Shown here: positions 39,129 to 50,921 of the stretch, one piece after another | Numbering within the stretch: position 1 is the stretch's first letter | Layout: each line of letters starts with the position of its first letter | NCBI RefSeq assembly: GCF_000315625.1 | Contig: NW_005434583.1 | Span: 213,031 to 277,030 of the forward strand | DNA from: Guillardia theta CCMP2712 | Lineage: Eukaryota; Protista; Cryptophyta | Direction of reading: 5' to 3' | DNA: 64,000 nucleotides | Program-made: the position numbers and the translations under genes | The notes under the pieces: model-generated | What the model was told of the DNA's origin: nothing | The model's database searches: none | The model's input: only the letters and a program-made list of their open reading frames with translations

Positions 39129-42100
39129 ATGGCAGCGATGGCAAACTCAGTCAAGCCCGTTCTAAAGAAATTGCCGTTGCCAGCTGGACCGCCCGATCTT
39201 CCAGTTCTCAGACCTAACCCTGGCGAATTTTCGGATTTGGGTACTTACTTGGGCTCCGTCTCCAAGCTCGGACAGATGCATGGTGCCGTCAGGGTCGTAC
39301 CTCCGGAGGGTTATCGGGCTCGGCTTTCGTATGAAAACGCAGAAACTCTCATAAGGTGCTTCGGGTCACAGAGCGCCGAAGGGGAGTGCGGACTGTACCA
39401 ACTGTCCGTTGAAGAAGCAGGATCGATGTATCTGTCTGATTTGCAAAGGCTTCTATCAGAGTCGGACCATCACGATTCCTCTAAGTGGTCTGAGGACCCT
39501 CGAGCAGCTGAGATCGAATTCTGGAGGACATTGGGAACGGGAGCTCCGTCGGTTTACACAGCTCACAGCATGAACTCTTCCCTGTTTGAAAAAACCATCT
39601 CTTCATGGAATCTTTCCAACTTTGAGGGACAAGTAGGCTTTGATCTCATTTCCAGCAAATTCACTTACTGGCACAATCTTCAGGTCAAAACCAAGAATCC
39701 TCGTTCCTGGCAGGTGTCAGCACAAGGAATCAATGGGCTCTCCTTCGGCATGACGTTCACGGTGAGTAGGTAGGGCTCGTCGTGCCTGTGGTGCTGACAG
39801 CCGCATGCTTTACAGTCTCGTGGATTGACCTGTTCTGAGGAGCCTTTCTGCAACATTAGTTATCTCCATTTCGGAAAGCCTCGGACCGTCTACGTAATTC
39901 CACCATCGCACCGGAAAGAGATGGTGAATCTTATTGGACAATTGAGGTGAGCCATTGCCCTTTTCTGTGTGACTTTCATCTCAATTTCCGTGCAGGCCTG
40001 GTCAAGTAGAGAAAGGAATGGATTCTAGTTCTGTCCTGGCCAAAAGCCCACTTCTAATAGATCCGGTGGTGAGTAGCTCCATTGCTCCTACTTTCAACCG
40101 CGATGCCTTGACTGTCGCATTTGAGCGGATTCCGCCTTATCATGACACTGAAGGCAAATGCAGGTTCTCAGCAAGCACAAGATACCCTTACAGAAAGCCA
40201 CGCAACAAGCAGGTCAAGTCATAATGTTGAAGCTTTCTGCTCCTTCCTAAGACTCAGTGCCTCAGGCGAGTTCTTGATCCTTTTTCCTGGGTCGTACAGC
40301 TGTTCCTTCTGTCATGGTGTGAATTGCTTCGAAGTCGCTGAGGCATCTATGGAACGCTTGATACCGGCAAAACCAGCGCCTGCTCCACCAATGGTCAGAA
40401 TGCCTCCTGCTGTGAATGGGAGGCCAGATCTTCAAAATTGGTCAAGGCCGCCATTTCAGAACCCAGCGATGATGAATGCTGCTCCGCAACTGCCTGCTAC
40501 CATGATGCAGCAGGCAAGAATGCATGTGGCGTTGACAGGATCCATGCCGACCACAACCCCCTGGCCCATTGAAAGCAATTTTCCTGGTGTTACGCTCGCT
40601 GGAGTAAAGATGGAACCACCTGTGAGACCAAACATGCTCACGGAAAACCTGGCGGCGATGGCGGGTTTAGATGCAAATAAGAAGCGTGCTGGTAGAGGGA
40701 AGGTTCCCATCCCTTCCATGTCTGATCTGGCAACGAAGTTGAATACTACCCCTGATTTTGCAAATGGAGATTCAAACGTCATGTCCAACGGCATTCCTGA
40801 CAGAGCCATTCTGGACGGTAAAGGTGCCATTCGAAGACGCAGGAAACGTAAACCCAGTGGATCCACAGAAATTGAAGTTGGCAAGCCTGAGGGAAAAGAG
40901 CCAGTAGAAGTAATTACTAAGAAATCCCAGGCAGCTGCTGACAACGTCGACAAAAACAAGAATTGTCACTTCTGTGAACACGCACCAAAGCGTTGCTCAA
41001 TTTTTGCATGCCTGGATCCGAGTTGCGATCAGATGTTTTGTGAAAATTGTTGTAAGAGGCATCTTGGCAGGCCAACTAGCTTCAAAGGCCAGGCAGATGC
41101 GAATGCAGCGAATTGGAGATGTCCCATTTGTACGAGACACTGTTGCTGTACACTAATTGAGTGCAACAAAGTCCATTTGCATTGTAAGAGATACAGAAGA
41201 AGAATCAAACACAATGTGCGAAAGGGTATTCAGCAGGATTACATGGACAAATCAGACACTTCGTCAGTGTCAGGTGCACCAGGAAACGAAGACTCCAAGT
41301 CTGGGTCCGCGCTACAGGACCAGAAGTACGCTGATAAGGAATCGCTGCAAGACGACGAAGAGGATTTGGACGAGAATGGAGGTGACGATGACTGGGATTC
41401 TTCGGATGAGAACACAGAAGAAATGGAGAAGAAGCCTCTCCCAACGCAGCTGTTGAGCGACCCCCCTGGTGGTTCGTCCATCTCTTGGATGGGCACGACG
41501 CCATCGGGCCAGTCATTCCTTGGTGCTAGTCAAAGCCTGCGTCTCGGTGGGATGAATGTGATGGGCAGCCTCTCGTCAGCTGGATTCAACAATACCGCGT
41601 CTGCCAGAACGCTCTCCAATTCTGTCTCCTCTGTCGTCCCGCAGTTTCTCCCTCCTCCTGCTGCCCTGGGAACTCCCAACAGGTGAGCTGTAACTTGTCG
41701 CCTCAGCTGCTTCGCTTACTAGCCCCTCTCTAGCGCCTTCGTCGGCACTCCTGGCGCCTACGGGCTGGTCGGGACCCCGCTGGGGGTGGGAACGCCGCTA
41801 ACGCCGATCATGGACTCGACCCACCAGGTCAGTAGACCGGACGAGCCCACGAGCCAGCTACTGAGAAGAGTTGCAGGTCTCTACCCCCTTCGGCTACGTG
41901 GAGGACTCTCTCGCCTCCATCGGCTCCTTCTCGGAGAACGGGCCCGCCAACTGCAGGTCCTGTGGGTGACCTGACGCTCTTGCCCCGACTCAAAGTGATG
42001 CAGTTGGTTTGACCACCTCTTCGGATCGGGGGCTGGCGATGCGAGTCAAGTTGCTTCCATGCTCCAGCAGCAGCAGGTTCGCCTCCTCTCTGGCCTCCTC

Positions 42101-42571
42101 GTGACTGAGACTCGGCAAACAGCTGGCAGCTCAGCACCTCCAGCTGCCAGGCCTAACGCAGCCCATTGCTGCACATCAAGCGCTCATGGCTCAGCTCCAG
42201 GGACAGCAAGTTGCGGCACAGCAGGTACCCACGCGTCCTCGCCCTACCTCCTTCCCCCTCGTCCACATCCCCCACCTGCTTCTGTATGCTCTACTCATTA
42301 AGTCCCTTATGCGTCTTTCTTGCTTTGCTACTTCCCCACCTCCCTCACCCCTCTGAATCTTCTCAGGCGCTTGCGGCGGGAGCGCAGCAGCGGGCGCATG
42401 GAACCCTTGAAGATACAACGACAACGTGGGCGCCGGACGAGTTTGTCTTCTCGCCACAGGTGAGGAAGCACGAGAGGCGGATGAAACCTGACGGCAGCTC
42501 TGCAGGATGAGGAGGCCGAGGAGAGCGGCATCCACCCGAATCTTCAGCTGCTCCCGCAGAAGGACGGATGA
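39129..42571 (+). CDS. JmjN/JmjC (KDM4/KDM5-type) protein with degenerate active site plus zf-4CXXC_R1-like zinc finger
   Basis: JmjN PVLRPNPGEFSDLGTYL...GAVRVVPPEGY; EIEFWRTL, SWNL; JmjC GMTFTSRGLTCSEEPFCNISYLHFGKPRTVY and GEFLILFPGSYSCSFCHGVNCFE; finger CHFC...CLDPSC...FCENC...WRCPICTRHCCC at ~40964-41200. Confidence 0.85.
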
Positions 42572-42766
42572 ACCTGACCATCTACCCGCCTTCCAAGAAT
42601 TTTTCCCTTGAGAGTTTGCGACAAGTTTTTCCAGTGCAAGAGGCCATGGGCGGGCAGGTTGAAAGCCTCGGCCTGATGTAATGTAAATCGTTTCGCATGA
42701 TTTCTAGCTGATTCAATGAAAGTGTATCAAACATCGCAGCAACAGCTGGGAGGTAGCTGAAACAGC

Positions 42767-43779
42767 TCACTTCGGCTGCTGTGACTCTTCCACGTCCATG
42801 TTGTCCTGCTGCCCTGCGCCCTCTCCACTCCCTTCCCCCCCTTCTGCTCTGTCCGCGCTGCCAGCTTCGCCTGCTCCCTCGTTCGATGTATCTGCACTCT
42901 CGTTCGCTCCCTCTCCGGCTGCCTCGCCCTCCGACGGACGCTGCCGCCCTTGCGTGAGCATCGCCAGCATTTGCGCCTGACAAGCCATCAGTGCCCTCCG
43001 AGGAGCATGATGAAGAAGGAAACCTGATCTGCCTGCCCGATGCTCGCGCTGATCCCTGCTGGAGCGCTGGGGTCCGACTCCTGCTCGTCGTCAAGGCAAA
43101 GGCAGGAGGAAGAGAAGGGAGTCCTCACCCCATTGATGTACGCGTTCACTTTGCCTGCATACTCAGCATCCTTCTCGTTGCTGGGCTCCTGTCGGCAAGA
43201 CAGCTCAGCAGGATGTTTTCCTTGTTCGCAGCTCACCTGCATCCAATAGAAATGAAGTTTACGCGTGGATGTAAACTTCAATACATAAACTCTGATGTGC
43301 CAGGCAACGATGAGATCAGCGATCTAGGCCATCAGGGAAGGCAAGCCAGTGACCTGTTGTTCTTAGCGTTGTCCTTGGCTTGTTCCACATACTCAAAGAC
43401 GGCATCTCCGGGGAATATGATGAAGTCGTCTTCAGTGAGACCTTTGAAGGAGTTCTCTTAGCAAAGGGTAAGTTCGAGTCAACTGGGATCACCTTGGCTC
43501 CTGTCTGTCCAGGTAAGATGCATCAGATCATCCTCCGGCGACTTCTTCACAGTCAGACGTCCTTTGCGGGGATCTGCTCGCACTGTCGTTCCGTTGCCAT
43601 CCACCTTCATCTTCCCGCATCGAAACTCGACCATGGGAGAGTTTGAACCTCGACCAAGAATCCCTTGCTGCAGGACATAGAGAGTGAGTGAGTTGGATGA
43701 GGATTGAGAAAGAGATTGAAGATGAGCTCATTACCTGAAACATCGGATTAGCCGTCCGTCTCATCGATGCTTCCTGCAT
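42767..43779 (-). CDS. RPN13: Proteasome ubiquitin receptor Rpn13/ADRM1 (Pru domain)
   Basis: VEFRCGKMKVDGNGTTVRADPRKGRL...DDLMHLTWTDRSQ, EDDFIIFPGDAVF, VYVLKF...HFYWMQEPSNEKDAEYAGKVNAYING matches the Pru consensus. Confidence 0.92.
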
Positions 43780-43893
43780 GATTGAAAATCAGTTCGGAAC
43801 TTCACCATGAGAAGTTTCAGTGTGCATTATGATAGGCGGCATGCCTCCTCTGTTGTTGTGATTGTCGAGACTAGCCAATTCTGCAATACCTCA

Positions 43894-44130
43894 TAGCTCC
43901 TATCTGAAGTAGCTCCTATCTGAAGTAGCTCCTATCTGAAGTAGCTCCTATCTGAAGTAGCTCCTATCTGAAGTAGCTCCTATCTGAAGTAGCTCCTATC
44001 TGAAGTAGCTCCTATCTGAAGTAGCTCCTATCTGAAGTAGCTCCTGTCTGAAGTAGCTCCTATCTGAAGTAGCTCCTATCTGAAGTAGCTCTTATCTGAA
44101 GTAGCTCCTATCTGAAGTAGCTCCTATCTG
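43894..44130. repeat. Minisatellite, 16-bp unit TAGCTCCTATCTGAAG, about 14.8 copies
   Basis: Head-to-tail copies with no spacers; two single-base variants (~44046 and ~44091). Confidence 0.97.
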
Positions 44131-44265
44131 CAGTCTTTCAACCAAGAGATCTTCACTCTTAAGTTGGTCAGATTGTGGTTGGCACTTGTAGACTAACCTG
44201 TTTCCATCCTTGGGATCTAAATAACTTCGCTCATCTCTGTTAAGACAATCTCATGTCCATTTGAT

Positions 44266-44397
44266 CTTCTCTTCTCTTCTCTTCTCTTCTCTTCTCTTCT
44301 CTTCTCTTCTCTTCTCTTCTCTTCTCTTCTCTTCTGATCTCTTCTCTTCTCTTCTCTTCTCTTCTCTTCTCTTCTCTTCTCTTCTCTTCTCTTCTCT
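44266..44397. repeat. (CTTCT)n microsatellite
   Basis: Directly visible. Confidence 0.95.
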
Positions 44398-45102
44398 CAT
44401 TTTCTCATGTTCGCTCTCAACTTCTCATTAGCCATGTTCGCCAGTCTTCAAGGTGCATAGATCGAACATGGAGGACACCTAATCCATGGTCCCCTCATCC
44501 CCTCCCGTATTCATCCCACAATGAAACGTTACTTTCCGTTATCTATTTTCGTCCATAATGCAATTCCATGATGCTCGCAATGCCGTCTCTGCCCCCTCCC
44601 CGTCCTTCCTTGATCCCTCCTCTCCCCGTCCTCCCCTCCTGTGCTTTGCTTCTCCCTCCTCTCTCAAACCTTCCTTTTCTGTAATTTGCTTCTCCCTCCT
44701 CTCTCAAACCTTCCCTCCTGTCTCCCTTCCACATTTTCCCTCCTTGATTCTTGCGTGATTCTTGCTAACTCAACATTAGGGTTCAGGTCTTCGTTACTTT
44801 TGAATGGCACTTTGAAGCATTCATGGAATACTCGTCAAGACGAAGGTGGAATTATTTCTACTTCTCAGGTTGTTATCTTTGCCCGTGCCAATCGTGTATG
44901 TTGACTTCATTTCAGCTTACGTTTTTCTTCTTTGTTTCTGCCTGGCTCACTGCAACGTTAGAGATGGTGATTAATTGATTTTTTTCGAGTTGCAATTCGA
45001 TGATGCAACGTTCTCCAGAGAACCTGAACATTCAGGAGAAGCTTCAAGTGAGCATGAAGGTGCTGTCTGAGATACTAATCCTTGACACCTTCATTTCTGC
45101 AG

Positions 45103-45804
45103 GAGGCATATTCAAACTATCCAACTTTCGCTCAGGTGCAAGTCACTTCCTTTTCCTCTCAGGTCCTGATATGGAGTGCAGCCGTATGGATCGCAAGCGC
45201 CTCAGTCAGCTGTGATTCCAGAGGAGGGTGAAGTCATTCAGCCTTGGCCTTCTGACAGGCCGGATGCTCCTCCGCTTGTTACATCGAAGGTGATGTTTTT
45301 CAACTCATGTCCTGCATTCCTCTTGAAGAGCACAAGATCCTCTTCTGCATGTCGACTCGTTGGACTTGATCTGCTAACTGCATGTGGACTCGTTGGACTT
45401 ATCTGCTAAATCTTTCAATGAACAGACTATTGAGGAAGCAAGGGAAAAGTTTCCAGGAGATCCCGGTGCGATATATCCGACCCCGTCTTATCCAGTGACT
45501 GGATCCTTCAGTTTTGTCCCTTTCTCATAAGAATGAGATCAGGATGGCGGCTTTGCGCAGGTGAGAGCGAAATGGTGTTGGAATGGCAACGATGATGACT
45601 TCCATTTCCAAATTCAGGCAGCTTCAGGTTTACGGTAACACTCCAGCATGGTACTATGTGTCCTCGTTCTTGGTCATGGTGATTGCTCTTGCTGTGCTTG
45701 TGGCTGTCTCACAGGATTCATCGCAGGTTGGAACAGTAATCTCCCTCTTCTTCTTCGCTCAGGATCGATGGGTCAAGAGTCAAGCGGACATCGACCTCGA
45801 TTAG
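45103..45804 (+). CDS. Small hypothetical protein with a C-terminal transmembrane helix; 5' end not resolved
   Basis: Spliceable exons YGVQPYGSQAPQSAVIPEEGEVIQPWPSDRPDAPPLVTSK, TIEEAREKFPGDP, YGNTPAWYYVSSFLVMVIALAVLVAVSQ, DRWVKSQADIDLD*. Confidence 0.5.
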
Positions 45805-46138
45805 GCCGTTGAGCGTTTCAATCTGAACTGGTGCAATGGAACAGGCCGAAGTGAGAAAAATGTGCCAACGTTGGCTGAGATTCGGTAGAAAGCATTTGGT
45901 AAGGCAGTAACTCACGGACATCCGAGTGGTTCATCGGGTGTTCAACATTGTTGTGGTACATGAAAAAACAGAAAAGACTGAGACTCCGCGTTCACATGAA
46001 TGTTTATAGTCCCTTGAAAATCGTTCAAAACTTATGCTGGTGCATTTCCTTGTTCACCAGCGCATTCCCCTCCCCTGAGATTGGTTTTAAGCAGCTTCAT
46101 GCCGTGCCAAACCTACCTACCGCATTCGCTTCAAGTGT

Positions 46139-47137
46139 TCAAACGTTGGCCTGAGCCCACTCTAGTATGTCCCTCCAAACCTCCCCGTTGACTGGCTCTG
46201 GCTCCCCGGAGGTAAGTGCATGCCATGCATCCTCGTAGACCTTGATGGTCTTCTTCTCTGGCGAGCACCCGGCTCTTGCATGCAATGCTCTGCTTCCTTC
46301 GATGTTTGTGATGACGTCGGCCGAGCCATGCAGGACTAGGAACGGAGTCTTCATCTGCTCCATCTCGCTGTCCAGCTTTAGGGTGGCATCGTAGAGCTCA
46401 CGAGCTGTTGCGAGACGAGGAAGTCCGACGTAGCAGAGCGGGTTTGCCTTTCCAACCGCCAGCATGTCAGGCCTGCGAATCATCTTTTCTACTGAGATGT
46501 CAGACGGGACCATCGGAACAGACGGGATAATGTGGGAGAGGACGCGAAGGGCTCCAACCATGAACTCCGAAGGCTTCATCTCAGGCGCTATGGTGCACAT
46601 GGGTGCCTGGAGAATCGCCCCGTGGACCGGCTCCCCCTCCCACCCTTGTTTCTGCGCCTCAATTGAAGCGCGGATCGCCACCATGCCGCCCATGGACTCA
46701 CCGAAGATCAGCCAGCGCAGCTCGGAGAACTTCTTCTGCATGTGCTTGAGGTACTCGAAGACGTCCTGCAGCGCTAGCTCGAAGTTGTCCAGCATCGCGA
46801 TGTTCCCATCCGACCAGCCATGCCCCTCCATCTCCAAACCCGTGACGACAAACCCCGCTTCCACGAACTTGACCATGGTGTCGCATAGGAACCATCGCAA
46901 GTGGTCTCCGTACCCGTGGCAGATCAGAATGGCTCCCCGAGGAGGGTCTGTCGGTGTCATCGTCCGAGTGAAGAGCCTAAGGCCTCGTGAAGAAGTGAAG
47001 TACTCGTCGGTGGTGCTGCTTGCCAGCTTCTCAAGCATCTGCTTCGTCTCGGCCGGAAACATGGGATGGTCTTCCGGCGTGATCGTGCGTCGCTTCTCCG
47101 CTGTTTCAATCTTCTGCATGCTTGCTGGGAGGAACAT
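46139..47137 (-). CDS. Alpha/beta hydrolase, monoacylglycerol lipase/lysophospholipase-like
   Basis: CHGYGD, GHGWSDG, nucleophile elbow GESMGG, LVLHGSAD (acid), YEDAWHAL (His); uninterrupted ~1 kb ORF. Confidence 0.92.
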   Translation of the reverse strand: MFLPASMQKIETAEKRRTITPEDHPMFPAETKQMLEKLASSTTDEYFTSSRGLRLFTRTMTPTDPPRGAILICHGYGDHLRWFLCDTMVKFVEAGFVVTGLEMEGHGWSDGNIAMLDNFELALQDVFEYLKHMQKKFSELRWLIFGESMGGMVAIRASIEAQKQGWEGEPVHGAILQAPMCTIAPEMKPSEFMVGALRVLSHIIPSVPMVPSDISVEKMIRRPDMLAVGKANPLCYVGLPRLATARELYDATLKLDSEMEQMKTPFLVLHGSADVITNIEGSRALHARAGCSPEKKTIKVYEDAWHALTSGEPEPVNGEVWRDILEWAQANV

Positions 47138-47370
47138 GGTTCTACTTGCACCTGCAACAGGTAGATCAGAATAAGCAGAATCGTACAGCAATCTCCTCTC
47201 CTAAGCTCCCTACTCCCCTGCTTCACCTCAACTGATCTGCGCTTCTCCTTCTCCTCTCCTTCTTCTCTCCTTCTCCTCTCCTTCTCCTCTCCTGCTCCTC
47301 TCCCCCGCCATTATCCGTAGCTTCCCCACCCCTGGTCCAGCATTGTCCTACTCGCTCCCAGTAGTTTTAA

Positions 47371-47406
47371 AAAACACGTGTTTTAATTTTAGCAATAATG
47401 ACTCAT
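47371..47406. promoter_or_regulatory. Palindromic G-box (AAAACACGTGTTTT) plus AP-1/GCN4-type site (ATGACTCAT) in divergent promoter
   Basis: Perfect 14-bp palindrome at 47371-47384; ATGACTCAT at 47398-47406. Confidence 0.4.
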
Positions 47407-47998
47407 CATTAGTACTGGCAACCTAGGCTGATCAGCTCCCCAGGACTGTTCACCCTTCTAAGTACGCAGTCAGGCATCAAAAGTACGCTCCTTGAAAATC
47501 TCCGAATGGGCGTTTATCATCGCCCTCATTCTCATCAAGGTGGGTCGGAGGGCGATGAACGTCCTCATCGGGGATTCAAATTCAAAATGGATGGGGTCCT
47601 CTCACTGGGGGGTCCTGGTAAGAAGTCGTGGATGGGGGTACTGGATTATGAAATCCAGGGTACAGGGGTGGGGGGGGAGGGATCACAGAGGGTAGTAGAT
47701 TGGTTGCTTGAGCACTGGAGGGAGCAGGAAGGAGGGCAAGAGATAGGGGCAGGGGCAGGGACAGGGACAGGGACTGAACAAGTAGCTGTTGCAGACTTAG
47801 AAGACGAAGCTTTGTGAAAGCAATCACTTCCATGAGCCTAAAGGTTTGATCTCGGACGATTGTGAAGCAAGTGGACACGAGAAACAATTGCGAAATTGGA
47901 ACAGGAAGTAAGTGACATTCTCAAAGCATTCAAACAGAAAGATTCGTCGATGATGTTTCTCTGAATGGAAATTGGACTTGAATTTTGACTGCCTAATT

Positions 47999-50518
47999 AT
48001 GCTCGCTGAGACACCTATTGTCAATCCCAAGCGATTTAGAGCAGTTTTGCTATCATCAGCTTGTATTTTGGCGCTTTCTTGGCCGAATGCTTGTAAGGCG
48101 GCTCAAATCAATGTAATTCCGGATGGTTTCCCGATCCCCAGTCCATCAAAAGTTCAGCCGACCTTCTATGAGACGAAGGAGCAAACCTTTGACAGCAAAC
48201 AAAGAGATACATTTGACGACGATCCTCTGTTTGGTTCCCATGTTTCGAGCATGGAATCCAAACCACCATCCCAAGACACAGATGATCAGATGGTATAATG
48301 CAGAGTCAAGTTGTTTGTTCGTTGATTGGGCTGACCCTTCTGAAGGCGAGCTTGATGAAGAAACAGTTACACATGGCAAGGAACCAGCTACAAAGAGAGA
48401 TGAACATGGTCAGAAAGTGACAGTCAGTGATCCTGGATGTTGATTTTCTTTCTAGATGCAAAACAATGAGCAATCAGCTCCAGCCGCCTGGAACCACCAG
48501 ATGGGCTATCCGTACTACCCATACAACAACCCATATTTCTGTCAACCGACGAATGGGCAATGTGATCTCGCTGGACTCGAATGTCTGTTGCTGAATTCTA
48601 TTAACAGACATGATGCATCCGAACCAGTTCCAGTACCCGCCATTCGCTCCTCCTCCCGCTCTGTCTCTGCGGGAAGCTCTTATGAACTCCAAAAGTTCTC
48701 ACGGGCAGCCTCCAGGTAACTTCCCACTCCATGCTGTGCTCTTTGCAAGACTTGACACGCTTGTGTGCTGAAGACGATCGAGGTTATATGAACATGGGAG
48801 GCAACTATATGAGAGGTGCAGCGATGCTCAAGGCAGCGACCAGCATGGGTCAACAGAACCTCTTGGATGAAGGCTATTACGTCGAATCCGATCCCTCCGA
48901 AGATGTGGAAGCAAGATTCCGTGCACTGGCTTCTAGAGGCCGAACAAGTTCAGGTCGACGTGCTAGACAATCTGGGTATGCAAATAGAAATCGCTTTTTC
49001 GACGCTTCAGATATGGATGAGGTTGAGGATGCCCATTGCAACCCGCCTGTGCCTCACAATCTTCGCAGTTCCATGATGTATCTCTCTCCCCGCAATTCTC
49101 GTCACGAGGATCTCGAGGAAGGAAGCCGCGAGGTCAGAACTGACTGACTTGGTGGCAATGTTGACTCTTCTGCTGTAGGCTCCTCATCCAGAGCTCTCAC
49201 GTTTGGGCGTACTTCAGGGAGAAAACCCCAGGAGCCCATGTTGAGAGACGTGACTTCGGAAGACTTAGCCACGTCTGGTGGCAACGATCCGATCCAGATC
49301 CTGCGTGAACTGAACAGCAAGAAGTCGCCGAAGGATTTTGATAAGTTGATCCTCGAGCACTTCTCCAAGAAAGAGAGCACACCAGAGGAGTCGAACGAGG
49401 ACTCTTGGCTCAACGAGCTCCATGAATCACTTGACAAGATCGGGGATGAACCTGAGAAAGATTCAGCGCTGGTCAAGGAAAAAGGAGCGCAGGGGGGTGC
49501 ACGAAAGAGCAAGGGGATCAAGCCGGAGGAGCAAGTGGCTGACTTGAAACCGCAAACGTCGAGGGGAAGGAAAGCAACCAAGCAGCTACAGACGGAAAAG
49601 TCGACAAGCAGAAGCTCGAGCGCGCCTCGCGCGGCTTCGGCTCCTTCCCTCCGGCCTCCCTCCGGCGGAAAGAAGCCTGCCGCTCGAGGAAAGCTCGCCA
49701 TGCCAGCTGCGACGCCAAGGGGAAGAAAGACAGCTGCTGTCTCGGAGGCACCAAGCAGCTCCGAGGAAGGAGGCAGCACCAGCTTGAGCCGACCAGCACC
49801 ACGGAGAGGGCGGGCAGCAGGGGCACGAGGAAGAGCAGGAGCGAGCGCCAGGGGGAGGAAAGCGACGAGCGTGAGAGGGAGGGTGGCGAAGGCAGGGCAA
49901 GGGGGGAGGACGGCGAAGGCAACGAGCACAAGGGGGGCGAGGACGACGAGGAGTACAGGAGGGGCGAGGAACAAGGGCGGCGCGAGAGGTAGACCTGGCG
50001 TTGCACAGGCAGGATCGATTCAGACAAAAAAAGGTTCGGCGACTGAGACAAGCGGAGAGCTCACCTCAGATTCGATGCCTCGCACAAGAGCCGCACAAAG
50101 CAGATCAAGCAGAAGCTCGAGCGCGCCTCGCGCGGCTTCGGCTCCTTCCCTCCGGCCTCCCTCCGGCGGAAAGAAGCCTGCCGCTCGAGGAAAGCTCGCC
50201 ATGCCAGCTGCGACGCCAAGGGAAAGAAAGACAGCTGCTGTCTCGGAGGCACCAAGCAGCTCCGAGGAAGGAGGCAGCACCAGCTTGAGCCGACCAGCAC
50301 CACGGAGAGGGCGGGCAGCAGGGGCACGAGGAAGAGCAGGAGCGAGCGCCAGGGGGAGGAAAGCGACGAGCGTGAGAGGGAGGGTGGCGAAGGCAGGGCA
50401 AGGGGGGAGGACGGCGAAGGCAACGAGCACAAGGGGGGCGAGGACGACGAGGAGTACAGGAGGGGCGAGGACGACGAGGAGCTCAAGTGTGAAGGCGGAG
50501 GGTGAGGAACTCAGTTAG
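47999..50518 (+). CDS. Hypothetical protein: signal peptide, Q/P/Y-rich middle, very basic R/K/A/G/S-rich C-terminal repeats
   Basis: AVLLSSACILALSWPNACKA signal-like; frame continuous through six GT-AG introns into ORF 49238-50518. Confidence 0.7.
49605..50471 (+). repeat. 366-bp in-frame internal duplication (49605-49970 vs 50106-50471)
   Basis: Near-identical copies; one substitution seen (PRGRK vs PRERK). Confidence 0.9.
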
Positions 50519-50921
50519 AACTTGATACGATTGATTCACTGTACTTTATGATGTTTGAATGTGATGACGACACGGTTGCGGTTCAAGTGTATAAATGTTA
50601 AGAGGCAATACATGTTATGATGCCAAGGCTGGCTGCTCAAGCCATGCTTCTTCTCTCTTCTCCCTCCTCTCCTTCTCTTCAGCTGTCTGTCTCCTGCTCT
50701 CTATCGCCACTCTCCCCCTGCTGGCTGCCGGCGAGTCGGGCTCGCTCAGCCCGTCACTAAGAGCCAACTGAGCACAAGTGCCCTTCGTGAGTAAGTTCAA
50801 AGAGAGTGTAAAGTATTTCGAGCCTGCCTCATTGTTCCAATAAAAACAATTTGAGAGACAGTGATTTGACTGGGCTTTTGTTATAAAGGAAGAGAAATCG
50901 CTGCCTGGCAAAGAATACCAT

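Noticed and set aside
43894-44130. CRISPR-like array
   Set aside because: No spacers, a 16-bp unit, no cas genes and a eukaryotic context.
46139-47137. Intronless lipase as a retrogene or HGT
   Set aside because: Exons longer than 1 kb also occur in neighbouring genes, an acceptor site lies just upstream, and the sequence looks like eukaryotic MAG lipases.
46464-47174. Long antisense ORFs (also 49102-49974, 40456-40959, 15870-16370)
   Set aside because: They are shadows of GC-rich coding sequence on the opposite strand.
50615-50921. 3' end of a minus-strand gene running into the gap
   Set aside because: There is no recognisable motif and it is truncated by N, so it cannot be supported.
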